A stretch of 64,000 nucleotides of DNA from Candidatus Marinacidobacterales bacterium (GTDB taxonomy: Bacteria; Acidobacteriota; Vicinamibacteria; Marinacidobacterales; SMYC01). Position numbers and translations under genes: made by a program. Shown here piece by piece: positions 30,614 through 40,783 of this stretch (its first letter is position 1; each line of letters starts with the position of its first letter). Below the pieces are notes generated by a model that saw only the letters and a program-made list of their open reading frames with translations, did no database searches and was not told the origin of the DNA. The stretch covers positions 3,680,001 to 3,744,000 of the forward strand of contig OZ250169.1 of assembly GCA_965237955.1 (NCBI GenBank), written 5' to 3'.

Positions 30614-33600
30614 TTATTTGCTCGATGTTGTGACTCGTTCCCGACCCGTGACCAGCCGGGGAAGGTTGTGCTCCGCGAGGGTCCGGTTGAATGCCGGAAG
30701 CTCGTTCTGCAGGAGCGCCTGAAGCTCCTGCTCGTACTTTTGAAGTCGCGCCTCGAGCACCTGCTGGACCTCTCGCTGCTGGTCGTTCGGCGGAAAGTCA
30801 TCCACCGCCACCCCATTTGCCAGGTAAGCGATGTGGCTTGCCAGCCTGATGGGGTAGCGGAGGCTGTCCGAGCCCGTGCCCGTGTTCTTCAATTGAAGCA
30901 GCTTCTCCTCAAGAGTGATGAATTTGCCGGACAGCTCATCGGCGTCCGAAACGATGGTCTCAGCGTCACCGAGCCCAGTCAATACCTCCTTTAAATCCAG
31001 GAGCTGGCGGCGGATCCATTCGATGCGGTTGATGGCCTCGGCGGCCCTGTTTAAGTCGTCCCGGAGCTCGCGCACCATCTCGGTTTGAGCCTGGATATCC
31101 TGCACCGTCCCTTCGGTGTGCGGATCTTTGAGGACCTGGAGCTTCTGGCTGTACTCCTTGCCGCCCACCTGCAGGGTCACGGTGTACGTGCCGGGGGGCT
31201 CCAGAACGGAGATACTGCGGCCCCCTCCCGAAGCGTGCCGCCAGCGCTCGGGGCCGAGATCGACCCAGTCGGCGTAGAGTGGCTTAGTCCTGAGCTTGAT
31301 CTGGGTCGAGGACTCGCCCTCGAAGTCCCACCAGACGCGGTTGATGCCGGTGTCCGTCGTGCCCTCGAGCGTTCTTACCGTCTCACCCGCGGCGTTTTTG
31401 ATCTCGAGTTGAACACTCCTTTCAGGCGCTTCGGGCCCCTCCGGCTCTTTAGACAGCCAATAGTGAATGGAGGCTCCTTCCGGCGGCTCCTCCCCCGAGG
31501 CCGCGTCGTAGCGCATCCTCATGGAGCCTCCGGTGGTCGGCCGAAACCGGTAGGTCGGCCGCGGCTCGAAAAGGTGTGCTTCCGAGGACGCCACGTCCGA
31601 GGTGAGCTGTTGGAGCGGCGTGATGTCGTCCAGGATCCAGAACCCCCGGCCGTAGGTACCGACCACGAGATCGTTGAAATGCTCCTGCACGACGAGCCCG
31701 TACACCGGCGTCGCGGGCAGGTTGCTTTGAAGCGACTGCCAGCGCGCGCCGTCGTCGAACGAGACGTAGAGCGCATTCTCGGTACCCAGGTAGAGGAGCC
31801 CGGGCCGCACCGGATCCTCGTGGATGGAGCGGGTGTAGCTCAAGGGACTATCCGCGATGCCGTTCGTGATCTTTTCCCAGTCTTCTCCGTAGTTGTCGGT
31901 CTTGTACACGTGGGGCTCGAAGTTGCCCTGCTGGTGATGCTCGATGGCAACATAGGCCTTCGCCGCATCCCACCTGGATGCGTCGATGCCCCGCACCACA
32001 CCGTCCGGCGGCAGATCCGGAATGCGGCTCGTGACGTTCGTCCAGTTTTGACCGCCGTCACGACTCACCTGAACCAGTCCGTCGTTGGTCCCGGCCCAGA
32101 GCACGCCCTGTTCAACCGGCGACTCGTCGAACGCGTAGATCACGCAACAGTACTCGACGCCGACGTTGTCCGGCGTCAGACCCCCGGAGATACCCTGCCT
32201 CGACTTGTCGTTCGTGGTGAGATCCGGACTGAGGATCTCCCAGCTCTGTCCGTCGTTTTGGGTTCGATGGACATACTGGCTGGTGACGTAGATGGTTTTG
32301 TGGTCATGGGGAGAGATGAGTAGGGGAAAGGTCCATTGGAATCGGTACTTGAGCTCGGCGGCGGGCCACCCCGTGGTGCCCTGCGGCCAGACCTCCAAGT
32401 AACGGTACCGTCCGTTGGTCTCGTCGTAGCGCTCCACGATCCCGCCCCCGGAGCCGGAGCCGGAGCCACTCGACCAGATGATGTTCGGGTCGGTGGGATC
32501 CGGAGTCGCAAAACCGCTCTCTTGGCCGCCGACTCCATGCCACACGAATCGGGGCATTTCCCGGCCACGAAACCTACGGTGGATCTCGCTTCTGCTGGGA
32601 CCGCGCGTCGACGGACCGTCCTGCCGGTTGCCCAAGACGTTGTAGGGGATCGCGTTGTCCACGGTCACGTGGTACATCTGGGCGATGGGGAGCTGGATGA
32701 TGTGCCAGGTCTTGGCCCGGTTCACCGAAACCGCCGTAGCGTAATCGAAGGCGGCGATCATCCGGTCCCCGTTGGTCGGATCGATCCACATATCGTGGTG
32801 GTCGTCGCCGGGGCGCTGCCTCCCCCTGAGCGGGGTGGCGGTTCGCCCGCCGTCCTTCGTGCGAAAGATCGAGCCGGTCAAGAAGTAAGCCTCATCCGGG
32901 TCGTCCGGTGTCACGAAACAGTTGTTGTAGTAGTGGGTCCGCCCACCCAGGTTGTGGTTGTGGGTGATGAGCTGCCAGTTTTTGCCACCGTCGTCCGAGC
33001 GCCATAGCTCGCCGCTCTCGGTCTCCTGTCCATTCCGGGGCACACCGTCGCCCGTCTCAATCAAGGCGTAGACGCGATCCGAATCCGCGGGAGTCAGGCA
33101 GATGCCGACCTTTCCCACCGGCAGCTTTGGTAAACCGTGCCCCTCGAGTTTGGTCCAGGTGTCGCCGCCATCTCGCGACAGGTAGATCCCGCTGCCGGGT
33201 CCACCGCTCTCGCGGCCCCAGGTGTGGATCTCGATCTGCCACATCCCCGCGAAGAGGATCCGAGGGTTGTTCAGATCCATCTCCAGGCTCGAGGCCCCCG
33301 TATTCTCATCCACGAAGAGCACGTGCTCCCAGGTCTCACCGCCGTCCTTGGTGCGGAAGACTCCTCGCTCGGCCTGCGGGCCGTGCGAGTGTCCCAGCGC
33401 TGCCACATAGACGATGTCCGAGTTCTTCGGGTGGATGACGATCCGCGAGGTGCGACTCGGCCCCGCGAGACCCATGTGGCGCCACGTTTCACCGCCGTCG
33501 GTGGACTTGTAGACGCCGGTGCCGAGGGAGACGTTCGAGCGGATGTGGGTCTCGCCCGTGCCCGCCCAGACGATATTCGGATCCGACGGCGCCACCGCGA

Positions 33601-33910
33601 GCGCCCCGATGGAGTGGTCGGGCTGGTCGTCGAAGACGGGGCTCCAGTGAATGCCCCCGTCCTCCGACTTCCAGATACCGCCTGAAGCGGCGCCGACGTA
33701 ATAGGTCAGCGGATCTCCGGGCACACCCGCCACGGAGGCCACCCGGTTCCCCACTGGGCCAATGAAGCGGTAACGGAGATTCTGATAGTGCTCGGGGGAA
33801 ACCTCCAGTCGAGCTTGTGCGGCGGTCGTCGGGGCCAGGGCCAAGACGATCGAAAGCATCGCCAAGGCGGCCCTCACGTAATCCGACGGACGTCCGGGTA
33901 GGTTCGGCAT
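30614..33910 (-). CDS. Secreted VPS10/BNR beta-propeller protein, family B copy 1
   Basis: 1098 aa; signal peptide, IGPVGNRV, Asp-boxes, GNRQDG, EYCC motif. Confidence 0.88.
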   Translation of the reverse strand: MPNLPGRPSDYVRAALAMLSIVLALAPTTAAQARLEVSPEHYQNLRYRFIGPVGNRVASVAGVPGDPLTYYVGAASGGIWKSEDGGIHWSPVFDDQPDHSIGALAVAPSDPNIVWAGTGETHIRSNVSLGTGVYKSTDGGETWRHMGLAGPSRTSRIVIHPKNSDIVYVAALGHSHGPQAERGVFRTKDGGETWEHVLFVDENTGASSLEMDLNNPRILFAGMWQIEIHTWGRESGGPGSGIYLSRDGGDTWTKLEGHGLPKLPVGKVGICLTPADSDRVYALIETGDGVPRNGQETESGELWRSDDGGKNWQLITHNHNLGGRTHYYNNCFVTPDDPDEAYFLTGSIFRTKDGGRTATPLRGRQRPGDDHHDMWIDPTNGDRMIAAFDYATAVSVNRAKTWHIIQLPIAQMYHVTVDNAIPYNVLGNRQDGPSTRGPSRSEIHRRFRGREMPRFVWHGVGGQESGFATPDPTDPNIIWSSGSGSGSGGGIVERYDETNGRYRYLEVWPQGTTGWPAAELKYRFQWTFPLLISPHDHKTIYVTSQYVHRTQNDGQSWEILSPDLTTNDKSRQGISGGLTPDNVGVEYCCVIYAFDESPVEQGVLWAGTNDGLVQVSRDGGQNWTNVTSRIPDLPPDGVVRGIDASRWDAAKAYVAIEHHQQGNFEPHVYKTDNYGEDWEKITNGIADSPLSYTRSIHEDPVRPGLLYLGTENALYVSFDDGARWQSLQSNLPATPVYGLVVQEHFNDLVVGTYGRGFWILDDITPLQQLTSDVASSEAHLFEPRPTYRFRPTTGGSMRMRYDAASGEEPPEGASIHYWLSKEPEGPEAPERSVQLEIKNAAGETVRTLEGTTDTGINRVWWDFEGESSTQIKLRTKPLYADWVDLGPERWRHASGGGRSISVLEPPGTYTVTLQVGGKEYSQKLQVLKDPHTEGTVQDIQAQTEMVRELRDDLNRAAEAINRIEWIRRQLLDLKEVLTGLGDAETIVSDADELSGKFITLEEKLLQLKNTGTGSDSLRYPIRLASHIAYLANGVAVDDFPPNDQQREVQQVLEARLQKYEQELQALLQNELPAFNRTLAEHNLPRLVTGRERVTTSSK

Positions 33911-34172
33911 GGTAACGCCTCCAATTCGTAGTTGGTAAGAAACTCCATCACCGCGCGTTCACGCGCTCGTTCGGCCATCGCCCGGGCTTGCTCCCGGACA
34001 ACCGGCCAGGAAGTTTAGTCCGGGTAGCTCGGCTGCGCCATCGGAATCCGGCCAATAGCCGCTCCGTTTGGATGAGCGGGACAGAGGCTATCTAAACTAA
34101 GATGGTCACCAATATGCTGAGTGAACAGCCTGACACTACCCTCATAACCCATCATCCTTATAAAGGAGAGAC

Positions 34173-35513
34173 ATGATGAAACGGCTCAAAGCCTCTCTGA
34201 GGACTACCTCACTGATTCTTCTGGTTGGTCTGGCCGCTACCGCTCAGCCTGCTGGCCTGGGAGCGCAAACAACCGACATCTCCGCTGTGTGGGAAGTCTC
34301 CACAGTGCTGTTCGGCGAGACGTGGAGGGTGGAACGCTTCACCCTTCAGGTCGATGGCGAACGAGTCACCGGTTTCGCTACCAATGGTTCGGGTAGGAAG
34401 CTGAGCCTGGAAGGAAAAGCCGTCGGAGAGAAAATCGAACTTGCATTGCGGTCGCCGGACGACACTGACGCCACTACCTACGTGGGAACGATTCACAACG
34501 GTACGATGTCCGGCACGGCGAGCATTTCTGGACAGCAATACGAGTGGACGGCCCGGCGGGCTGCTACCCGTCCCTCGGACGCCCCCCGCGTGCATCACTT
34601 CGTGCCGCAGGAGTTCCATCGTGTCTTTTCCGGCGCGATTCTCCCCGTGCTGCGGATCTTCCCCGGCGACACCGTCCGCACCAAGACCGTGGATTCAGGC
34701 GGACGGGATGAACATTCCGTCGCGCGCTCCCTAGGGGGTAATCCCCAAACCGGGCCTTTCTATATAGAGGGCGCACTGCCAGGCGATACGCTGATGGTGC
34801 GCTTCAATCGGGTTCGCCTGAACCGCGATTCGGCCCGCAGTGGGGGGCGCATTATCAGCAACGCCCTGACTCCCGGTTACCTGCAAAGGCTCCATCGCGT
34901 GACTGATTTTGACAGTAACTGGCGACTGGATCGGGAACGTGGAGTGGCGGTTCTGGCCAAGCCCACGCCGCGACTGACGAATTTCGTGGTGCCTTTGCAA
35001 CCGATGCTTGGATGTGTGGGCGTCGCACCATCCCGCGGTCAAGCGATCACTACCGGTGACTCCGGTCCTCACGGCGGCAATATGGACTACAACCAGATTG
35101 GGGAGGGCACGACCGTCTATTTGCCCGTGTTTCGGCCCGGCGCGCTGTTTTTTTTGGGTGATGGCCATGCTATCCAGGGCGACGGAGAATTGACCGGCTC
35201 TGCGCTGGAGACCTCTTTGGAAGTCGAGTTCACCGTGTACGTGCTAGCGGGAAAATCCATCGGCACGCCACGGGCTGAAAACGATGACTTCTTGATGGCC
35301 ATCGGCATCGGAGGGTCACTTACACAGGCCGTGCAGCGCGCCACTTCCGAATTGGCAGGTTGGCTTCAGAGCGACTACAACCTGAATGCTGCGGAAGTCG
35401 CCATGGTTCTCGGCACCTCGATGCGTTACGACGTGGCTGAACTCGTGGGCAGGCAGGTGAGCATTGTGGCCAAGATCGGCAAACCCCTTCTCACTCAACT
35501 GAGCCAGGAATAG
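34173..35513 (+). CDS. Acetamidase/formamidase family protein with signal peptide and extra N-terminal domain
   Basis: NPQTGPFYIEGALPGDTL, PMLGCVGVAP, HGGNMDYN, GDGHAIQGDGE motifs; AGGAG RBS. Confidence 0.88.
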   Translation: MMKRLKASLRTTSLILLVGLAATAQPAGLGAQTTDISAVWEVSTVLFGETWRVERFTLQVDGERVTGFATNGSGRKLSLEGKAVGEKIELALRSPDDTDATTYVGTIHNGTMSGTASISGQQYEWTARRAATRPSDAPRVHHFVPQEFHRVFSGAILPVLRIFPGDTVRTKTVDSGGRDEHSVARSLGGNPQTGPFYIEGALPGDTLMVRFNRVRLNRDSARSGGRIISNALTPGYLQRLHRVTDFDSNWRLDRERGVAVLAKPTPRLTNFVVPLQPMLGCVGVAPSRGQAITTGDSGPHGGNMDYNQIGEGTTVYLPVFRPGALFFLGDGHAIQGDGELTGSALETSLEVEFTVYVLAGKSIGTPRAENDDFLMAIGIGGSLTQAVQRATSELAGWLQSDYNLNAAEVAMVLGTSMRYDVAELVGRQVSIVAKIGKPLLTQLSQE

Positions 35514-35580
35514 TGGCTCACACCCGGGCTGTGTCTGACGACAGATTCTGTATAAAGATGTCGGAAGAGAGTTCCAAGCG

Positions 35581-38500
35581 CTACCTCGAGCCGTTCCGTT
35601 CCGCGCCGTTCGCGTCATCCGTTTCCAGCCTCTGGTTCAACGCCGGAAGATCGTTGTTCATCAGGGACTCGAGCTGCGATAGGTGCTCGTCGAGCTCGGC
35701 GGAGAGCTCCTCGAACACTTTGTAAGCGCCGTCGGTCGGTTTGGCGTCGCCGTTTTCGACGCTCCGCCTCAAGGACGCGAGACGGTTGTTGAGTCGGATG
35801 GGGAAGTTCAGTGGGTCCTGACGGGTCTGGTTTTTTACCTGATAGAGCTCTTGCTCGATCTCCGAGATCTTGTCGATGAGATCGCGGCCCGCGGTTTGGA
35901 GCTCGGGATTCGCCGAGGCCTCGAGCCTCTCTTCCAGCTGATCGCGGACGCTCCGGATCTCGATCACGGCGTCGTTGGCCGCGCTCGTCTTGTCCCGAAT
36001 CTTGCTCGCGAGCTGGAACTGCTCCTCCAAATCCGCCTGGGTGACGCCTTTGAGACGCGGATCCATGATGATCTCGAGCTCGGCGACTTCCGAAAGCCCG
36101 TTGGCCGTGACCCGGGCTTGGTAGCCTCCCGGAGGCGCCTTCGGTCCAGACTGCGGTCGGCCGCTAAAGATGATCATCCCGTCGAACTCGGTCGCGCCCT
36201 GATAACGCTGGTTCCATTCGAACCGGTTCAATCCCGCCGCGGTGGTCGGCACCGTGGATCGCGGTCCGCCGCGGCTCGGTGGTGCCTCTTCCGCGACCGG
36301 CTCGGTTCCCTCGAACCTGTCAACGACGTTGCCTTGCGCATCGAGAATCTCCACCGTAACGTTGTCCACTTGCTCCGCGAGAAAGTACTGAATCGTGGCA
36401 TTCGACAGACCACGGATCGCCGGCTCGTCGGGCGGGAATACCGTCAGGGTTTTCGTGTAGACCGCCTCGGAAAGCTGGCGCAGGGGCTCGATGTGGTCGA
36501 GGATCCAAAAGCCGCGGCCGTGGGTTCCGAGCACCACGTCGGCGTCTTTGACGACGAGATCGCGGATCGGCGTGTCCGGCAAGTTACTCTGGAGCGACTG
36601 CCAGTGGTCACCGGCATCGAACGAGACGTAGGCCCCGTGCTCCGTCCCCAGGAACAACAGGTTCGGGTTTACGAGATCTTCTCGAACCGCTCGTGCAAAA
36701 TGAAACGGCGCGATCCCGTCCACGGTCTTGGTCCAGTTCTTGCCGTAGTCTCGAGTCCGATAGACGTAGGGCGCGCGGTCATCGACCTGATAGCGGTTGG
36801 CGGCGAGGTAAGCCGTTCCCGGGTTGTGCCGGGACTCCTCGATGATCGAGACGCGGCTGAACTTCGGTAGGTCGGGCGGCGTGATGTCCTCCCAGTCCTT
36901 GCCACCGTCACGGGTGATGTGCACCTTGCCGTCGTCCGAGCCAGCCCAGATGGTATCGACGTCGTGATAGGACGGAGCGAGGGCGAAGACGGTCGCGTAG
37001 ATCTCGGGCCCGTTCATGTCCATGGTGATGACACCGCCGGTCTCGCCGAGTGTTTCGGGATCGGCGTAGGTGAGATCGGGGCTGATTGGCTCCCAGCTCT
37101 GTCCATCGTTCGTCGTCTTCCATACTCGCTGCGAGCAGGTGTACAAAACGTTCTCATCGAGCGGTGAGAAGACGATCGGAAACGTCCATTGCCACCGTTC
37201 AGGAAGTGCGCTCGCGGGCTCTCCCGAGAAAAAGCGCGGATAGACCTGGATGTCGCGCCTCTGACCGTTGCTGCGATCGTAGCGGGTCAGCAGGGCTCCC
37301 TGGCTTCCGGCGTAGAAGATATCCTTGTTCGATGGATGCTGCGTGATGTATCCGCTCTCACCGCCGCCGGCAGCGTAGTACCAACCGTGATTCGGACCAC
37401 GCGCCTGCATGTTGCCCCAGCCTTCGCTCGGGACGCACACGGTGGAATTGTCTTGCTGGGCGCCGCAGACGTGGTACGGGACATCGCTGGTGACGGTCAC
37501 GTGGTAGAGCTGTGTGGTGACGTAGTCCTGCTCGGTCCACGTCTCCCCGCCGTTGAGCGAAACGTTGCCGCCGCCGTCGTTCGCGTTACACATGCGCTGG
37601 GAATTGTTCGGGTCAATCCACAAGTCATGGTTGTCACCATGGGGTACGCGGATCACCGTATCGAAGGTCTCGCCGCCGTCGGCAGATTTGTAGACGCCAG
37701 TGTTCAACGCATAGACCGTTTCCCGATCGAGCGGGTCGGCGTAGATTCGCGAATAGTAGAACGCGCGCGAACGGAGCTTGCGCTCATCGTTCGTGCGCCG
37801 CCACGAAGCGCCACCGTCGTCCGAGCGAAAGACACCGCCTTCGTTCGCTTCGACGACGGCCCAGAGGCGTTTCGGATCGACCGGCGATACGGTGACGCCA
37901 ATCTTGCCAATCGGCCCATCGGGCATGCCCGGATTCTCGGTGAGCTCGACCCAGGTATCGCCACCGTTCTCGGATTTGTACAGGCCGGAATCGGGACCGC
38001 CGCCCCACATCTTCCACGCCTTTCGATAGACCTGCCACAGCGATGCGTAGAGCACCCGCGGGTTGGTGCGGTCAATGGTGAGATCGGCCGCTCCCGCTTT
38101 CGGGCTCTTGTACAGGACCTTTTCCCATGTGTTGCCGCCGTCGGTCGAGCGAAAAACGCCACGCTCCTCGTTGTCCCCGTAAGGATGTCCCAGGGCGGCG
38201 ACGAAGACGACGTCGGGATTCGTCGGATGCACGCGGATCCGCGCAATCGCCTGCGTCTCGCGGAGTCCGAGAGAGCGCCACGTCTCCCCGCCGTCGGCCG
38301 ACTTGTAGACTCCCCTTCCTTGGGTGATGCTCCCGCGAAGCTGCGTCTCGCCACCGCCGATATAGATTACGTCGGGATTCGTTTCCGCCACCGCCACTGC
38401 ACCGACGGAGGACGAATCGATCTTGCCGTCGGTAACGGGAAGCCACGTCGTGCCGCTATCCGTCGTCTTCCACAGGCCGCCGCCGGTCGCCCCGAAGTAA

Positions 38501-38676
38501 TACTCGTTCGGCCGCCCCGGGCTTCCAGTGCACGAAAGCGAACGCCCTCCGCGCGCCGGACCGATGTTCCGCCAGTTGAGTCCACCGAAAAGCTCGGGCT
38601 TGAACTCGAGGTTCTGTGCCCATGCAGGCGCGCCGAAGAGGCCCGCGGCGAGCACGATGATCCATTTGCCTGTCAT
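35581..38676 (-). CDS. Secreted VPS10/BNR beta-propeller protein (third, divergent type)
   Basis: MTGKWIIVLAAGLFGAPAWAQ signal, WRNIGPARGGRS, Asp-boxes, GAQQDN. Confidence 0.88.
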   Translation of the reverse strand: MTGKWIIVLAAGLFGAPAWAQNLEFKPELFGGLNWRNIGPARGGRSLSCTGSPGRPNEYYFGATGGGLWKTTDSGTTWLPVTDGKIDSSSVGAVAVAETNPDVIYIGGGETQLRGSITQGRGVYKSADGGETWRSLGLRETQAIARIRVHPTNPDVVFVAALGHPYGDNEERGVFRSTDGGNTWEKVLYKSPKAGAADLTIDRTNPRVLYASLWQVYRKAWKMWGGGPDSGLYKSENGGDTWVELTENPGMPDGPIGKIGVTVSPVDPKRLWAVVEANEGGVFRSDDGGASWRRTNDERKLRSRAFYYSRIYADPLDRETVYALNTGVYKSADGGETFDTVIRVPHGDNHDLWIDPNNSQRMCNANDGGGNVSLNGGETWTEQDYVTTQLYHVTVTSDVPYHVCGAQQDNSTVCVPSEGWGNMQARGPNHGWYYAAGGGESGYITQHPSNKDIFYAGSQGALLTRYDRSNGQRRDIQVYPRFFSGEPASALPERWQWTFPIVFSPLDENVLYTCSQRVWKTTNDGQSWEPISPDLTYADPETLGETGGVITMDMNGPEIYATVFALAPSYHDVDTIWAGSDDGKVHITRDGGKDWEDITPPDLPKFSRVSIIEESRHNPGTAYLAANRYQVDDRAPYVYRTRDYGKNWTKTVDGIAPFHFARAVREDLVNPNLLFLGTEHGAYVSFDAGDHWQSLQSNLPDTPIRDLVVKDADVVLGTHGRGFWILDHIEPLRQLSEAVYTKTLTVFPPDEPAIRGLSNATIQYFLAEQVDNVTVEILDAQGNVVDRFEGTEPVAEEAPPSRGGPRSTVPTTAAGLNRFEWNQRYQGATEFDGMIIFSGRPQSGPKAPPGGYQARVTANGLSEVAELEIIMDPRLKGVTQADLEEQFQLASKIRDKTSAANDAVIEIRSVRDQLEERLEASANPELQTAGRDLIDKISEIEQELYQVKNQTRQDPLNFPIRLNNRLASLRRSVENGDAKPTDGAYKVFEELSAELDEHLSQLESLMNNDLPALNQRLETDDANGAERNGSR

Positions 38677-38895
38677 GAGGGGTCTCCTTATGAAGCGAGG
38701 TGGGGCGAAGAATAACAGCATCGGCCGTCCAGTCCAATCACGTCGTGCAGGTTTGAGCGCCGGGAAAGTTCTCCAGGTCGTCGCGATGTGGAACCTAGCT
38801 CCGAGGCCCGCTGTCCGACCGCGCACGATTCCGCGACAAACGACGGGCGAATCGTGTTCGATTTACTCCGGACGCGATCGCACTTGTGTTAGTAA

Positions 38896-40611
38896 TCAGT
38901 AGGTGGCCACCCCACCGAACTGACGTCTGAGGTCGGAGCCGCCTTCGAAGATCTTTTCTTCGGGGTCGTAGATGATTACCTGAAAACATTGTGAGAGACG
39001 GTCGGTGAGCTCGAGCGTGTGCCCTTTCACGCGCAACAAGTCAAGCGTGTCCCGAGAGAACGCGTGGTCCTCGATGCGGACGCGATCGGGTAGCCACTGG
39101 TGGTGAAAACGACCAGCATCAACGACTTCCTGCGCGTTCAAGCCATAGTCGACGGCGTGCAAGATTGTCTGCACGACACCACTGATGATGCTGCGACCAC
39201 CCGGGGTGCCTGTCACCATGAACAGCTCGCCATCTTTGGCGACGATCGTCGGGGTCATGCTCGACATCGGCCTCTTTCCCGGTGCCGGAAGGTTCCGCTC
39301 GATGCCGATCAAATTCGTCTGGGTCCTTCCTTCCCAGCCGTTTTCGCCCACCATGTAGGCATCAGGCGTGCCATGGAAATCGCCAAGCTCCGTATTGAGC
39401 TGAAACCCAGCGCCGGTCACGACCGACATCGAACGCCCAAGGGTATAGATGACCGACACGGCGTTCCGCTCGCCGTCCACGACTGAGTAGGCCGTCGTTT
39501 CCGGACTCTCGGTGGGCGACTCGAAACCCGTCGACGACGACGTCGAGGCCCGATCGAGGTCGATCGTTGTACGGAGTTGATTCGCGTACTCCTTCGACGT
39601 CAGCCGCTCGACAGGAATGCCGGGGTTGAAATCTGGATCGCCCATGTAGCGCGCCCGGTCGGCGAACCCACGCCGCATCGCTTCCACCATGACGTGAATG
39701 CTCGCCGCCGAATGCATTCCCATCGCGTTCATATCGAATCCTTCGAGGATGTTGAGCATCTCCACCACGGCGGTGCCGCCGGTGCTCGGCGGCGGCATGG
39801 TGATGATTTCGTAACCGCGGTAAGTACCTCGGATGGCGGTGCGCTTGACCGCTTGCTCGCCCTTCAAGTCGTCGAGGGTGATGAGACCGTCGATACGCTT
39901 CATCTCTTCGACGATGAGACGCGCCGTCTCACCTTCGTAAAAACCCGCCGCGCCGTTTTCCGCGATGCGCTCGAGAGTATCGGCCAAGTCGGGTTGTTTG
40001 AGGATGTCGCCGGCGCGGTACGGCTCGCCGTTTTTCGTGTACTGAGCGAGCGTCCCAGCGTGGTCCTTATACCTCGACCCAATGCCCATGAGTTGGCGCT
40101 CAAAGCTGACCGTCACCAAAATCCCGTCCCGCGCAAGAGCGATTGCCGGCGCGACCACCTGGCTCCATGGAAGCTTCCCATGCTCTTGCCAAGCGAGGTA
40201 GAACCCCGAGACGGTTCCGGGGATGCCCACCGTACGGCCGCTCCGGTAATGGAGGTCCCGGCTGTATTTGCCGTCTTTCATGAACAGTTCCGCGGTGGTG
40301 GCCGCGGGGGCTTTCTCGCGGAAGTCATAGGCGCTCGCTTCGCCGTTCGCGGCGCGGTACACCATGAAGCCGCCGCCGCCGATGTTCCCCGCACCCGGAC
40401 GCGTTACCGCAAGGGCGAGCCCGGTGGCGACCGCGGCGTCGACCGCGTTGCCTCCGGCTCGGAGAACGCTGAGCCCCGCTTCTGACGCGAGCATCTTCTC
40501 GGATATCACCATGCCGCTCCGGCCAAGGATGGGCCTCGAGCTCGCGTAGAGTTGCGACGTCGCAAACGATAAGACGATGGCGAGAGCCAAAAGCTGTTTG
40601 GAACACTTCAT
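38896..40611 (-). CDS. ggt: Gamma-glutamyltransferase family (Ntn hydrolase), exported
   Basis: GGNAVDAAVA, GNIGGGGF, DFREKAP, autocleavage site ESPE-TT, PMSSMTPT, GTPGG; signal peptide. Confidence 0.9.
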   Translation of the reverse strand: MKCSKQLLALAIVLSFATSQLYASSRPILGRSGMVISEKMLASEAGLSVLRAGGNAVDAAVATGLALAVTRPGAGNIGGGGFMVYRAANGEASAYDFREKAPAATTAELFMKDGKYSRDLHYRSGRTVGIPGTVSGFYLAWQEHGKLPWSQVVAPAIALARDGILVTVSFERQLMGIGSRYKDHAGTLAQYTKNGEPYRAGDILKQPDLADTLERIAENGAAGFYEGETARLIVEEMKRIDGLITLDDLKGEQAVKRTAIRGTYRGYEIITMPPPSTGGTAVVEMLNILEGFDMNAMGMHSAASIHVMVEAMRRGFADRARYMGDPDFNPGIPVERLTSKEYANQLRTTIDLDRASTSSSTGFESPTESPETTAYSVVDGERNAVSVIYTLGRSMSVVTGAGFQLNTELGDFHGTPDAYMVGENGWEGRTQTNLIGIERNLPAPGKRPMSSMTPTIVAKDGELFMVTGTPGGRSIISGVVQTILHAVDYGLNAQEVVDAGRFHHQWLPDRVRIEDHAFSRDTLDLLRVKGHTLELTDRLSQCFQVIIYDPEEKIFEGGSDLRRQFGGVATY

Positions 40612-40783
40612 GGGGTCCTCCCAAAAAACGCCAGAGTAACGTATCCCGACCGATTGCGCCACTCGGAGGTGCACCACAACGGACATGCGGCGGAATAGTC
40701 TGTCAGCAGCTTCTTTCGAAAAGCGGCTTTGGGTGCACGAATAGTCTTGACTCCGAACAACGCTCCCCGGGCTCCGGGATGGC

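Noticed and set aside
34020-34060. Sigma54-like TGGC...GC in the duplicated family-B leader
   Set aside because: The GG-to-GC spacing is 9 nt rather than the required 10.
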